The notes: generated by a model from the letters alone, not told the origin. Positions 1 through 13,600 are shown, numbered from the stretch's first letter. The stretch: DNA of 64,000 nt from Azolla caroliniana (GCA_043228905.1 JBHGNT010000009.1:15376001-15440000); one strand, 5' to 3'. Numbers and translations are program-made.

Positions 1-331
1 TCGGTATGCCGTTCCGGATCCGGACCGATTCCAAACAGGTGTGGATGGCACCGTTTTGTACTACAAACTGGAAACCTATTTAAAGGCCTGGATACAATGT
101 AATGAGAAGCGGATAATTAATGAAGCTTAGTGTTTTTATCTCTTTGTGTTAATTGTCGTTCTGCATTCATTGTTATATCTTACGCGTGTGATTATTAAGG
201 ACGATCTTGCTAAGTAACCTAATTAAGTCGGATTAATCGTTGAGCCTAATCCTCTTGCCGTAACACCCCTTTGGTGAAGTATCTTCCATAGACACCCTGT
301 GTTAGGCCATTGTCCAGCCCTAAGAGTTAAC
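1..331 (+). mobile_element. 3' part of a gypsy-type LTR, inserted in opposite orientation into the RT of the gypsy element to its right
   Basis: Ends ...GTTAACA; alignable by eye to the LTR at 10864-11333 and to the reverse complement of 4260-4778; the RT ORF 327..1031 breaks exactly here after GKIRVCV. Confidence 0.8.
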
Positions 332-2377
332 AGTTGACACAAACTCTAATTTTGCCGTTTTTCTTTGTTACGACTACTATCGGGCTCAGCCATGTAGATT
401 TCTTTACTGGGCAGATAAAGCCAACCCTCAGCAACTTGTCGATTTCCTCCTTGACTTTGGCGGCGTAATTTGGATTCATCCAGTATCGTCGTTGTGCTAC
501 CGGTTTGGCATCTTTGCTCAAATGTATCTGATGCTGATATAGCTGAGGATCGAGCCCTCGCATATCCTCGTAAGAACAGGCAAACACCTCCCGAAATTCT
601 TTAAGTGTAATCATCGCCGTTTTGTTCTCTGGAGTCATTTCCTTGGCGATGTGCACCGGTCTCGCCTCTTCTGTAGTTCCTAGATTTACCTCCTCTAGTT
701 GGGATGCTTTAACCCGTTGCGATACGGCCATTTCTCTTTCCAGCGCCTCCTGTGCTTGCCGTAGCTCCCGGATCACTTCTTTATTTGGTTCCTCGTCGGC
801 TCCGTCCGGTTGCAGTATGTATGGTGATACAGCTTCGGCTATGTCGATTTCGAACAGAGGTACGATCTTCGGATTATCCTGCAAGTATTGATCTACCTCT
901 TCGTCTGCTAATCCGTCCAGCATATTGACGCATTCGGCATATAGGGGTGTCAATTCCTTCCCGTCCGTGGTTGTGTCGGTACCCGTACTTTCGCTTTTCC
1001 CTGCGGGAAGGTGATTATATTCTTCCTCCAATTTTGTTTAATGTGCGCCGTTTTCAACCACGGCCGCCCCAACAATAGTGGGTAAGCTCCTTGTGCCTGT
1101 AGTTGTAGCACTACCGTCGAAATGCGAAATGTGTGGCCGCCGATCGTTACTTCCAAATCTCGTATCAAGCCGGTCAGTCGCACTGAGCTTGTATCCGCCA
1201 TCCGCAGCCAGAACGGGCATGGTTCCCACTCTTCGATTCCCAAGGTTTTGCACGTTCGGAGGCTAATCACATTGACGCTAGATCCTCCATCTATTATTGT
1301 TCTGGGTAACTCCTTTCCCTTCACGATGGCTGTGATTGCTAGACTGTTTGTGTCTACTACCGCCGGTCCCTCCTCCGGATTTGAGAAGAATGTTGGGGCC
1401 GGTGGTATTTCTCCTGCCGTCATGCCTGTCTTGAGTCCTTCTGTGAATCTGGGCACTAGCTGCAGGAGTCGTCCTAATGGCAGCGTGATGTGGCATTCCT
1501 GCAATGCTTGCCATGTCGCATTTTCGGGCTGACTGCCGCCGGCGAGCTCTTCAGTATTTTCCTTTTGCTGCGCAAGCTCTGCCATGTTTCGCGCATTCTC
1601 CTTTTCTACCCATTCCGTTGCCTGCTTGCGGATGGCCTCTTGCGCCTCCCATTCCGTCGTCTTACCCTTCGATCTTGTGGTTATCTGTTGCAGGTCTGCG
1701 ACTTCGGCGACTACCATGTTCACCGCCGGTCATTTATCATAGCTCTTTGCTGGGCATTGATTACTATAATGTCCTTCTTGTCAGCAATAGTAGCAATATG
1801 CTTTCCGGGTTGTGCTGGATTCGGCGTTGTATCCTGCCCCCGGTGGAGGACCTGTGGTAACGGCGGGGCTTTGATCCGGTTGGCTGCTTGAGGCGCCCTT
1901 CTCCAGTTCCCGTAGCTAACCCCTTTTCTTGAAATGGCGTTTCTTTTTGTTCCGATACTCTTGACGGGGCTGGTCATCATGTTTGCCATAGGCTTCCCGT
2001 CGTTGGTTGTAACCGGGGGATTGGTCCCGATTGTATCTTTCATACCGTCCATTATCATCTCGGTACCGATCATATCTATCATACCGGTCATAGTTGTCCC
2101 TGTACTGAACATCCTGTGCCAGTCGGTATCGCTCTTCTCGCCTCCAACGTTCTTCTTCCTCCTCCTTAGTACTCCGTGGTTCAATTTGCTGAACCGGTCG
2201 TGCTTGGCGATTCAACAAATTGTACTCGCACTGCTCCATTGTGTGGCTCCTGGAATGGCACAATAGACATTGCAACCGCATGGTACATTCTAGTGCTGAG
2301 TGTCCGGCATTTAGGCATGTTGTGCACTGAATGGCCTGTCGAAACCGGAGATCCTCATCGGTTGGTAACGCTCGTTG

Positions 2378-3067
2378 TGTTGGGAGATAGGTCCCTCCGG
2401 ATGGGAGGGAGAAGAACAGTGCCGACGAACAAACGGTATGGGGAGTACCCGGCTACGGAGAGCCGGATGGTGCAGGCCCGGTATGAACCGGATGGGGAGT
2501 ACCCGGCTACGGAGAGCCGGATGGTGCAGGCCCGGTATGAACCAGATGGGGAGTACCTGGCTACGGAGAGCCGGATGGTGCAGGCCCGGTATGAACCGGA
2601 GGAAGAGACATATTCGTAAATATGTTTCTGAGAGCCCATTGAGGCTATATTTGTAAATAGCCGAAAAGTCACATTAGTATAAATATGACTTAGGGCAAAC
2701 TTTTAGTAACCGTTGTAGTTGTTGTCATTTTTCTTGTTGGTGCAAGAAAAAGGAGAGAGTGCGTAACTGTATAGAGAGGGAGAGAGAGAGACGAGGTCGT
2801 TGCCTCTGTTGTAACCGCCGCCTGTCGCGAAGATCGTGAGTTCGAGGTCGTTGCCTCAGTGTACTCACTGTTTTGTACATTCATACATAGTGACAGTTTG
2901 CAGCCTGTGGGCTGCCGTGGTTTTTCTCCTAATTTGGGGTTTTCCACGTAAACCTCCTGTGTACCATTTCTCTTCTTTGTGTCGTGTTTTATTTCGCGTT
3001 TTCTGTGTATGAAAAGAAGCTCGGTTGTGACCGAGCGTTGCGCATAAGGAACGTTGGGTTCCCGTCA
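2378..3067 (+). mobile_element. Copia-family solo LTR nested in gypsy gag
   Basis: TGTTGG...CCGTCA ends with perfect 5-bp TSD CGTTG (2373-2377 / 3068-3072); shares TATA and U5 motifs with the LTRs at 49911 and 54656. Confidence 0.9.
2439..2600. repeat. 54-bp tandem repeat x3 within the solo LTR U3
   Basis: Unit GGGGAGTACCCGGCTACGGAGAGCCGGATGGTGCAGGCCCGGTATGAACCGGAT, visible as an 18-aa repeat in the ORF track. Confidence 0.9.
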
Positions 3068-4778
3068 CGTTGGAGTGCTCCCATTGTTAGCCAAGAGCTT
3101 GTTTTCTCCATTTCTCTAACCCGGTCGATGACCTGGTCGACGGTACTTGTGCGAAAGTCGATGACCGTGCATACCGTACGTAGAGGTTCCCGGAGCGCGG
3201 CTAAGAATATAGCCCGTGTTTCTTCCTCCGGAGGTGTTCAGGTAAGCTGACTGTGCATCCGTTGAAACCGGATGACAAACTGTGGAATGCTCTCCCCAGG
3301 GTCTTGCCGGATGGTATAAAATAGGCCCACCATTTCTCTCTGGTCCACCTCCTTCTGAAAGAAGTGCAAGAATTTAGCTTTCAGGTCCGCAAAGGTGGTG
3401 ATGGTGCTGGGGTCCTGCGTCTGGTGCCATCTGGCGGCCGGTCCTTCCAATGTCACGCCGAATTCGGCTATCTTAGATCGTTCCTCTTCGGTTGCGGTTA
3501 ACCGTTGGGACACATGGTTCGCCTCCCATGTTTGTTGAAAAGCGTGAACATGAGCCTCCGCATCCGGGTCATCCCTATACTTGGGGTACTGGAACGGCAT
3601 GTCGTCGTCCGGTGTCGGTGCGCGGGCTGGCGGTGTCGGTGGTCTTTCCTGCTCTTTCGTCGGCGTCGGAGGTCGTTGCTAGTCCTCTGTCGGAGTCGGA
3701 GGTCTTTGTCGGTCCTCTGTCGGTGTCAGAGGTCTATGTTCCTCCTCCTTCAGTGTTGTCGGCTTCTCCTCCTCGACTTTCGGTGTCGGAGGTCTTTCTT
3801 TGTACTCTTCCGGCTCTGGAGGTTGCTCCACGTCTAGTGCCGGAGGTTCCCAGTCTGACAATTCTGGTTCCGGTGTCGTTACTGCTGCGATAGATCGTGT
3901 GCGCGTTGTAACTCCCTTCCGAATCCGATTCTAGCGCCGAAAATGCTTTGGATTCGCCGTCTCCTCCGGCCAAGGCCTGGAGAAGGGATTCCGCTTCCCG
4001 GAGACTGCTTAAGCTGCTTCCTTCGTCCGGGTAGGCGTTTTGTTGCAGACGGAGCGACTCCTCCACCACTTTCCGGATAACTTTGGAAAATGATCGATCC
4101 GATCAGATTTCTTCTGCCACTTGTTGGAAAGCCTCTTGCCGCCTTCATCGTTCAGCAAGTCTTCTTGCTCTCTCCATAACCGGGTCATCCGTTGGCCTAG
4201 TCATCCATTCCCGTCGCTGTTCAGTGGGATTGTGCAGGAATCGTGGTCGCCAAAAATTGTGTTAATCCTTAGGGCCAGACAACAACCTAACATAGGGTGT
4301 CCACTTATGACACTTCACCAAAGGATGTTATGGCGAGATAACTTACGACACAACGCTTAATTGGACCTTAATCGGTTACTTAGCAATACGTCATTAACAC
4401 GCGTAAGATATACAATAAGCACAGAACGGTGAACAATACTCAATGATTAAACAAAAGGTTTATATTACTCTCCGTTAATGACTACATTGTAACCGGGCCT
4501 TTATATAGGTCACCGGTGCGAAGTACAAAACGGTGTCAACCGGCACCTATTCAGAATCGGTTCGGATCCGGATCGGCATACCGATTCCGGTCTGTCCGTC
4601 CACATCTTCTCATATATTAATATATATATTAAGACTAGTAATTTCAACAGATTCCCAAATAACAATTCCCCTTTTCACACTCTGGTCTTTGCCGTCCTTA
4701 GCTCCTTTGTCGGCCGGGTAACAGCAGCGGAGGAAGAACAACGAAAAACAACAGAGAACCTCCGAAAAGCCGAGGACA

Positions 4779-7700
4779 ATCTACTTCGGTTGATGTCCGC
4801 TTCAGCTCGTATCCGGTTTGGACGGTATCCGGTACATCCGGCTCGTACTCCCCCTCAAACTTGCCAAGTCAAGGACCGTCAACCCAAGGTCTGACAGGAA
4901 TTGCCGAAGCTTGTCGGCTCCTAGGGCTTTGGTGAAGATGTCGGTTGTCTGAAGATTCGTAGACATATGTTGAAGGTCGACATCGTCAGCCTGAACACGC
5001 TCTCGAATGAAGTGATAGTGCACTTCGATATGCTTCGTGCATGCGTGGAACACCGGGTTCCGAGCCAGTTAAATACTGCTCATGTTGTCGCAGTAAAGGA
5101 GAATCAGATCTTTGATGGGAATGCCCAAATCCTTTAATATCCTCTTGAGCCATACGGCTTCACATGCAGCCACCGCCGCACCCCTGTATTCGGCCTCTGT
5201 GCTCGAAAGAGCGACGGTTGGTTGCTTCTTGCTACTCCAGGAGATGACTCCACTTTTGAGGGAGAAGACAAAACCAGAGGTTGATCATCGGTCGGCTTTG
5301 TAGCCTGCCCAATCGGCATCTATGTACCCCTCGAGTTGAATTGGCGTGGCTGACTTATAGAGAATGCCATAGTCCATTGTTCCGCTCAGTATTGTAGCAC
5401 TCTCTTAGCACAATCCAAATGGATATCTCGTGGCGTTTGCATGAATTGGCTAAGATGGCCGATCGGATAGCTCAGGTCAGGTCGAGTGATCGTGAGGTAG
5501 ATAAGTCTACCGATCAGTTGTCGATACTAAGTCGGCTCACACTCTATGGTGCCAGAATTGGCATCTAGTTTGAGGTTTCGGTCGAGAGGTCCCGAACTTG
5601 TATAACAAGTTGAGAATGTAGTGCCGTTGGGAGGTCATAATCCCAGCTGGAGTCCAAATTACCTTGATGCCAAGGAAGTAGTGGAGCTCTTTCATGTCCG
5701 TCATCTCGAATTTGTTGGAAAGGAGGAATTTGACCTTGTTGATGTCGATTAGATGCTCACCTCCAATGACTAGATCATCCACGTACAGGATGATGACGAT
5801 CAGAGTTTCGGAATCGCTTCTTACATAGAGAGAATTGTCGGATTTTGACATTCGAAAGCCGATTCGATGAAGATATTGTGTTATCTTTGAGTGCCAAGCA
5901 CGTGGTGCTTGCTTAAGACCATAGAGAGCCTTCTTGAGTCGGTAGATGGCTTTCGGATGAATGTTGGATTTGAAGCCGGGTGGTTGTACCATGTACACCT
6001 CCTCTTCTAAATTGCCTTGAAGAAAAATGTTCTTGACATCCATCTGGTGGAGGTGCCAACCTTTTGCTGCTACAAGCGCTATCACGGTTCGCACGGTTGT
6101 CATCTTTGCCACCGGGGCAAAGGTCTCTTCATAGTGGACACCTTGTGTTTGTGCGTAGCCCTTTGCTACGAGTCGAGCTTTGTAGCAGTTGACGGAACCG
6201 TCAGCATTATACTTCACTTTGTATATCCATCTGCAACTGATTGCCTTCTTGTGCAGTGAGTGAGGGACGAGATCCCATGTCTCATTCTTGCTGAGAGCTT
6301 GCATCTCCTCGTTCATCGCTTCGACCCATCGAGGATCTTTAGCGGCTTCAGCAAAGCTCTCTCGTTCTCGAACTGCTGCCACCTTCATCATAAAGGCATA
6401 GTGGTATGCCATATAGTCGTTGTAGCCGAATCGGCTAACCAGATTCTTCTCTTGGGTGGAGTGACGGAGTTTCTCATTTGCCGATGTGAGTGCTTTCTCA
6501 ACTCCGGGTGACTTCATAAGAGGCACATCAAATCCATTGAACTCACTATCGAGTGAATGAGTCGATTCGTTGCCATCGAAGTGATCATCCTCATATTCCG
6601 GCATTTTGGCCTTCCCTTTGTCCATCTTTGGACTTGGCCTAGATAAGCTTTGGTTGCTTGGAGGCTCTTGTGGTCCGCTCAATCTACTTGAGATCGGACT
6701 CTCTTCGAGTATTGACCTTAGTTGATCATCGCCTTCTGTGTTGCCGAGGTCGTTCGTAGATGGTTCGGGAGGAGTCGGCTCGGGTTTGTACCATGATGTC
6801 AATTCGTCAAAGACGACATCCCGACTTACACGAGTCTTCCGAGTAGAGGGGTTGAAGCACTTGTACCCCTTCTGCTCCTGTGAGTACCCCACGAGGATGC
6901 ACTTCTCTAATTTTGGGTCAAGCTTCTGCCGCTTCTCATCAGGAATGTGCACGTATGCAATGGAGCCGAATATCCTTACATGGGATAGATTTGGATTCTT
7001 CCCTTAGTATTTCTCATGCGGGGTGACCTCGTGCACTCCGGATGTTGTGCACCGGTTCATGAGGTAGACGGCGGTATTTGCAGCTTCTGCCCAATATGAC
7101 TTGGGCATATGCTTCTCATTTAGCATGGCCCTTGCTACTTCGAGGATGTGCCGATTATTGCGTTCGGCTACACCGTTCTGTTGTGGCGTGTGTCGGCAAG
7201 TGAATTCTCGTTGAATTCCTTCTTGTCGAAGATATGCCGTGAACACATCGAAGAAGTATTCCTTTCCTCCGTTTGACCGAAGACATCGTACATGACGCCC
7301 AATTGTCTTTTCGACTTCGCTTTTGAAATTTTGGAAGTGTGTAAACACTTCACTCTTCATCCTCATGGGAAAGATCCATGTGTATCTAGAGAAATCATCG
7401 ATGAAGGTAACATAGTACCCACATCCTCTGAACGTAGCCGTCTGTGCTAGTCCCTACACATCCGAGTGGACTACGTCCAATAGGCCTTTGCTCACGTTCC
7501 TCTCCTTCGGGAACGGGTGTCGATGTTGCTTGCCGAATTGGCATGCTTCACATACTCCTTGAATCTCTTTCTCTGTGAAGGTCGGGAGCCCAATGACGAC
7601 TCCTTTCGATTGCATCGTCTTGAGCTTGTTGAGATTAATATGGCCGATTCTTTTATGCCATAGCTCTATGTCGGTGTTATGTTTGAGGCCCTTTGCAAAC

Positions 7701-9599
7701 ATGGCCGATTTTACCTCGTTCTCTTCGAGGATAAACATTCGGCCTTCCCTTCTACCACGAGCAATTAGTCGGCCTTCCTTCTCAATGAAGCAACCTCCTT
7801 GGTTGAATCGAACTTGCATCCCTTGCTCCACAATTTGGCCGACCGAGACCAAATTCTTCGTTATGGTGGGTACATGCAAGACATTTTTTATGCATTTTTG
7901 TTCACCTTCTTTCCCGAATGGGACATTGCCGACATGCCGAATCGGATGAGTGGTGTCGTCTCCGGTCTCGACATAATCGGGTGGATCCAGGTCTCGAAGG
8001 TCTTTGGACCATTCTTGATGGGACGTCATATGGTTCGAAGCACCAGAGTCGTCGAACCATACATCTTCTGGATTGGAGGCATTAGTGGAAGTAGAGGCCG
8101 ACATAGTATTTGCTCTATGTCTCATTACAAACATTCCGCCATGATCTTCATAGTCGGAGTTGGTGGCGTAATTGGTGAGTTGTCGGCTTGTGGAAGCCGA
8201 CTCGCGTTTCTTCTTTCGGCACTCTTCTTCATGGTGGCCGATTTTTCCGTAATAACCGCATTCGATCGAGTTTTGTCGACTCGAACCGGAATGGAAGCTC
8301 CCCCTTCTTCCGAAGGTTCCTCGATGGCTTCCGTCTTGTTGCCGAATTTGGGAGTTGTTGTCGTAAGTCGGAGCTCATTCGCCACCTCGTCCTTGGCCGA
8401 ATCGGCCTCTTGCTCGGCTGCGTCCTCTTCCTCCATTCGAATGCGTGTAGAGCATGTGGCCTTCTGAGGCGTTTCTCCTTGTTCGAACATGATTCTCTTC
8501 GACCAATAACATAGATTGAAGATCAAAGAAAGAGGGAGGATTCTCCCTTGCTAGGACGGCGGTTCTCATCAAGCCGAACCGTGGTGCAAGGCCATCGAGG
8601 CATATTTGCACCATCTCATCATCATCCACATTGACGCTTATTGAGCCGAGCGAGTCACAAAGCTCCTTGATCCTCAAGGTGTAGCTTGTGATGGACATGT
8701 CCCGTTGTTGGATGTTGTTCAACTCTTGGCGGAGTTGAAGCTTCCTCGCGGTCGTGTTGGTGGCGAAAATGTTTCGTAGATTTTCCCACGCTTCCTTCGG
8801 CGTCTTGGCTTCTCGAATGTAACCGAGCATGTGGTTGTGAACACATGTCGCCAAGCAATACATTACTCGACTCGTCGCTTGCTCCCATGTTGAGTAGTCG
8901 GCGTCTTCCGGGTCGGGTTGGTTTTCTTGTGCTCCCTTGATGTAACCCCAATAGCCTTGGCCGACAAGGTATTGGTGCATCTTGTACTCCCAAGATGCGA
9001 AGTTGTTTCGGTCCAACTTCTCGCTAGGGAGAGCGCTCCCCATTTGAGTATTCATGGTGTTCGATGTAGTTTTCTTTCTTCTTCTTCTCTCTCGAATATA
9101 AGCTATGTAGTCGCACTACGATAGCGATGAGCCGGTTCTTCTTGAACGTCGGCGTAGAGCTCAACACACGCGGATGGGCTAGATGGAGCTACCAAACCGC
9201 TCTGATACCATGTAAAGAATCAGTGGTGATTCTTGTGCAGTGGAATAGGTTAGAGATATGTGTTGTGAGTGTGTGTGTGTATGAGAGAGAGAGAGAAACA
9301 CAATATATATAGATTTAAAACAAGAATAGAATACTCAAGACAATGTATATTACAAAGGAGATTAACCGAACTTATTACAAAGTAGAAGGAGAGTGTTTTA
9401 TATAGTCACTCTCTCTCTTCATTAACTACCGAAGCTCATGGGTCATGGGGAATGTGAAAGCTCATTAGTTATGTGTCATAGAATATGATTCTATGACACA
9501 TAGTTAATGCGTGGATAAGAGTGGTGACTTTTGACCTTCGAGTGCACACTCTCAAGGGTGTGTTCACACACTAGACTAGGTTGAGCTTGATTCTCAACA
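4779..9599 (-). mobile_element. Ty1/copia retrotransposon (family A), degenerate; 3' LTR displaced out of the window by the gypsy insertion
   Basis: 5' LTR 9211-9599; PBS TGGTATCAGAGC (tRNA-iMet) 9199-9210; gag 8375-9055; protease/GAG-pre-integrase DSGASNHMT...LWHKRIGH 7454-8134; integrase 7004-7366; RT YVDD 5537-6952; RNase H KHIEVHYHFIRE 4802-5053. Confidence 0.95.
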
Positions 9600-9616
9600 A
9601 GATGGATTGAGCAAAG

Positions 9617-10054
9617 ATGGCTCTGAATAGAGTTCAGACGACTTATCAGATGCAACTGATGCAGTATCAGGGACAAGCTGAGGCAACCGCGAGCCTCATA
9701 AAGAAATTAAAGGATGAAAAGCAGGCCGTAGAGGATAAGTCAAAGATGGGACTTGGCCATATTCGCGACATTGTACTGACATGGAGGGATTGGATGAAGA
9801 GGTTAGTTGAAGAAAGTTCAATACATTGGTGGTCCAAATGGGCAAAGCAGGCAACCGAGTTGCAGGTCCTACGAGCGGATGCGGAGAACCGACAAAAGGA
9901 CGAAGATAACTTCTACAAACTAGACACGGAAAGCGTGGTGACCATACGGGAGGAGTTATCGGATGACTTCTTGTCCTTGGCCGGAGAGCAAGTAGTGGCG
10001 GTGGGCCGGCTGATGGGACAACTGGATGACGACCAGCTGGATACCCAACTCTAG
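9617..10054 (+). pseudogene. C-terminal part of an unknown coiled-coil protein carried by a gypsy-type element
   Basis: ATELQVLRADAENRQKDEDNFYKLD...EELSDDFLSLA aligns with AADLQIFRADAKNRKEGRGFYKID...EDLTEEFHALA at 56030-56310 (minus). Confidence 0.65.
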
Positions 10055-10690
10055 TTCGAGCGATACGAACAAGAGCGAAGATGGAAAATGGCGGCTAGAA
10101 GAACAACGACAATTAATATTAGTGACGAAGAGCAATCTCCGGAGCAAACGCTGAACGTAGCCGAAATTGAAGGGAGCCAGCCAAAGGTAGCTCAAGAGGA
10201 GCAGCCGAAGGTAGCCAACCCGCAAGAGCTAGTGCAAGCCGGACATCAGGAGCAGGAGGAGCCCAGAATAGATGAGGCGCAGACGGAAGCTCGGAGGACG
10301 GAGATAACTTCTACAAACTAGACACGGAAAGCGTTGTGACCATACGGGAGGAGTTATCAGATGACTTCCTATCCTTGGCCGGAGAGCAACTAGTGGTGGT
10401 GGGCCGGTTGGTGGGACAACTGGATGATGACCAGCTGGATACCCAACTCCAGTTCGAGCAATACGAACGGGAGCGGAGACGGCAATGGAGGCTAGAAGAA
10501 CGATGTCAATTAACATTAATGACAAAGAGCAATCTCCGGAGCAGACGCTGAATGTAGCCGAAACTGAAGGGAGCCAGCCAAAGGTAGCTCAAGAGGAGCA
10601 GCTGAAGGTAGCCAACCCGCAAGAGCCAATGCAAGCCGGACGTCAGGAGCAGGAGGAGCCCAGAACAGATGAGTCGGAGACGGAAGCCCA
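9905..10690. repeat. About 398-bp direct tandem duplication
   Basis: GATAACTTCTACAAACTAGACACGG recurs at about 9905 and 10302 and the copies stay colinear for about 390 bp. Confidence 0.9.
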
Positions 10691-13600
10691 AAAGGGACTA
10701 GAGCCGGAAAGGAGGAACAGGCCGGAGAGCAACAACAACAACAACCACCACAACAAACAGAGCAACTACCCGAAGAACCTCTAGAACCCTTGGACCAAAG
10801 CATTCTGGACATTTTGATGAATGATTGAAAAGGGCTAACCGTGGGTTCGACATACAATGTACTGTCCCACGGGCGTGCCATGTGTTGGCCGGCAAGGCCA
10901 AAGGACCGGTTAGAGTCCAGAATGTGAAAGGGGTATTTAATTAGGGATAGGGAGTTGTAATTAATAAATATTATGTTATTTTGAGAAGCGGGCGGACGGA
11001 CCAGAATCGGTATGCCGATTCGGATCCGGACCGGATCGTTGCCGTTGCCGGTTGGCACCGGTTTGTAACTCAGTCGGAGACCTATAAAAGGACCCGACAA
11101 GAATGTAATCAGAGACGGATAATTAATAGAAGCGTTGTTGTTTTACATACTGTTTAGTGTCTATTTGGTTACCGTTTTGTGCTTAATATAATTAATCTTA
11201 CGCGTGTGTTATAATCATTAATAGTACCGGTTAGTAACCGGTTAAGTCTATCCATATCTCACCGTACCACCCTTTGGTGAAGTGTTCCATAGGGACACCC
11301 TGTGTTAGGGCTTGTCCAGCCTAAAGGATAACAGTTTGTGGTCCCCCATCTTGTGTTAGAGGGCACCATTATGGTTTTTGTTTTTAGGGCTTTTTCTTCG
11401 GCCTCCTATTCATTTAGGGTTTCATGTTCTCCTAATAGAGGACTTAGGGTTAGGGTTTCCTCATCTTGTGGGTTTTGGGTTCTTCCTCAAGTGAGTTGAG
11501 GTTTTCGGGTTCTTTCTTGAGAGCTTTCAAGGTGTCTTCTTTGTGGGAGTTTTAGGGTTTATGTGTTTTGGTTTTTACACTATTCTTGTTCGAGTGATTT
11601 TGAGTTTGGGTTTATTCTACGACGGCTCTTTCGGAATTTCGGTAATCGTTTCCTCAGTGGTTCAGTCGTCGTCTCACAATGGAGAGTATTTAGTGCAGTT
11701 GCAATTTCAGGTCAAGGGTAGACTAACTTGGTGGCTTGTCGCGGAAGGGAGGTTGTAATACCACGAGCGCTACTCTGGTCCGAGGCGACATCGCCACCGG
11801 AGGCAATCGTGCTCAGAGCCTACTAGACTCGCCTTCTTAGTTGTTTTGTAACCGTTTGTTGATCCTATGATCACTTCTTGTAAAAACCACCTAAATCGTG
11901 GTGTTAAGTTGATTCATTGTATAAACCTTAATTTTGTATTATAAGTTTGCAGATTTTTACCATGGTTTTGCCTCACTTCTGATCTCTTAATCAATTTTTA
12001 GTCTTTGAGCTAATCATGCCGAACCATAACTCCATCGGCAAGCTAAAAGCTCAATGAACCGAAAGCCGTCAAGCCGAAAGCCAATGCGGTCAAAAGCCGA
12101 TGGTGTCGCGAAAATCCGCGGCCCGCGGGTTTGCTTGGGCGGGATGACCAAGGTCTCGGTCCAGGGAACTTAGTGATAGGTGTCGGTTAAGTGTTCTTTG
12201 TGACCGAAACCCTATATCTGGCTTCCAGGTAATGAGCACATGAGCTCGTAGACGCACGCCGGCAAGCACGAGATGGAACGAGGAAGGAAACGACCAGGAT
12301 AGAGAGCACATGGTACACACTGCACGCGCAGATACTGAAAACAATTAATCGATTAATAACAGACAAAATAAATATAGGAATGGCCCTACGCCAGATAACA
12401 TAGCTCAAAGCTCGACAGGTACACGGTGGTTATCCTCTGGTCATGGGTACATAGACTCACTACGCGAGCATGGGCCTCACTCGATCCTAACTGATAGAAC
12501 AAAACATATCTCATCAGAACTAGAACCCTTCCCTCCTAAGTCAACTATTACCCAATCCAACAACACTTCCCTCCCACAAACGACCGATTCTCTCTCTCCC
12601 CCCCCCCCCCCCTTGTCGGTTACATTAGGTTGTAATGACAGTCTTCCTCGTCAGAGATTTCCCATGATTCTCTTAAATTCCTCCCCTCATGTCCTATTAT
12701 TCTCCCAGTCTTTTTGAGGGCTCATAAGTAATAATAAAAGTTATCTTGTCTTGTACTTATCTTGAGATAGCCAAAAATGTTTTGTGGAATACTTCTCTTT
12801 GGTGATAAAAATTGGACGAAAATATTGTTTAGGTTCTAGAAAACATGGTTCAAGGAATGAATGTAGTACGGTTAATCGAAAATAAGGTATGTCTTTAGTG
12901 TTGAGTGATATTTTTGAAAGAGAAAACATCGATGATATGTGACATATTTTACTCTATTGAAAAAACTTCCATTAAGTTTAGGCATTAGTAAGTGTTTGCA
13001 TAATGTTTGACCTTATATGAACTTAATGTGTTTCGTACTGTGTGTCAATAACTTGCAAATTGATTGAGGTTGATTTATTCCCATCATTTCTCTATAGAGT
13101 TAATTTTGTGACTGTAAATGATCAATTACTATCTAGAACACAAAATGTTGCTAGTATTGTTACTGTTATGCATTGACACATTTACTATTCTCATACATCA
13201 AATTGCCACTTAAAGTTAGAATATCAACTTTTTGACTACATGACCATTTGATATTGTATTATCTCATGAGTTTGTTGAGATATTTACATTTTCATCAATG
13301 GTTAATCATTTTATTCCATAATTAAACGAGCACCAATTAGGACTACAATTATATTAGATTTTAAAGAAAAGTGTAGTTTGACACCTACCTAGAGATCAAG
13401 AGAAGGAAATTACAATGGAAACTATAAGCTTTGTATGGAGACACTGAATACCATGCCAATTATAAGATGTCCATTTCTTTGCCTTTGTTGATCATGATTA
13501 ACCTGAACATAAACTCAAGAGGTATGCTATCCCTAAAATGGGTGGGGTGGTAATTACAAGCATAGATAGTGCCAGACAATGAAGTGATAATGCCACATAA

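Larger units (their letters stand above)
332..4778 (-). mobile_element. Degenerate Ty3/gypsy (non-chromovirus-like) LTR retrotransposon: 5' LTR, PBS, gag, protease, start of RT
   Basis: 5' LTR 4260-4778 (minus TGTCC...TAACA); PBS TGGCGACCAC at about 4243-4252 (tRNA-Arg-like); gag 3238-3600; zinc knuckle CLLCHSRSHTMEQC (1916-2281); protease IIDGGSSVN...LLLGRPWL (950-1723); RT start WLSPIVVV..KNGKIRVCV (327-1031); frameshifted. Inserted into the 3' end of the copia at 4779. Confidence 0.9.
9600..11333 (+). mobile_element. 3' end of a gypsy-type element: coiled-coil extra ORF plus 3' LTR (10864-11333)
   Basis: LTR TGTCCC...GATAACA homologous to 1-331 and 4260-4778; preceded by ORF 9617..10054 and its tandem copy. 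Confidence 0.75.

Noticed and set aside
2439-2600. Possible CRISPR-like array
   Set aside because: Head-to-tail 54-bp repeats without unique spacers, inside a eukaryotic LTR.
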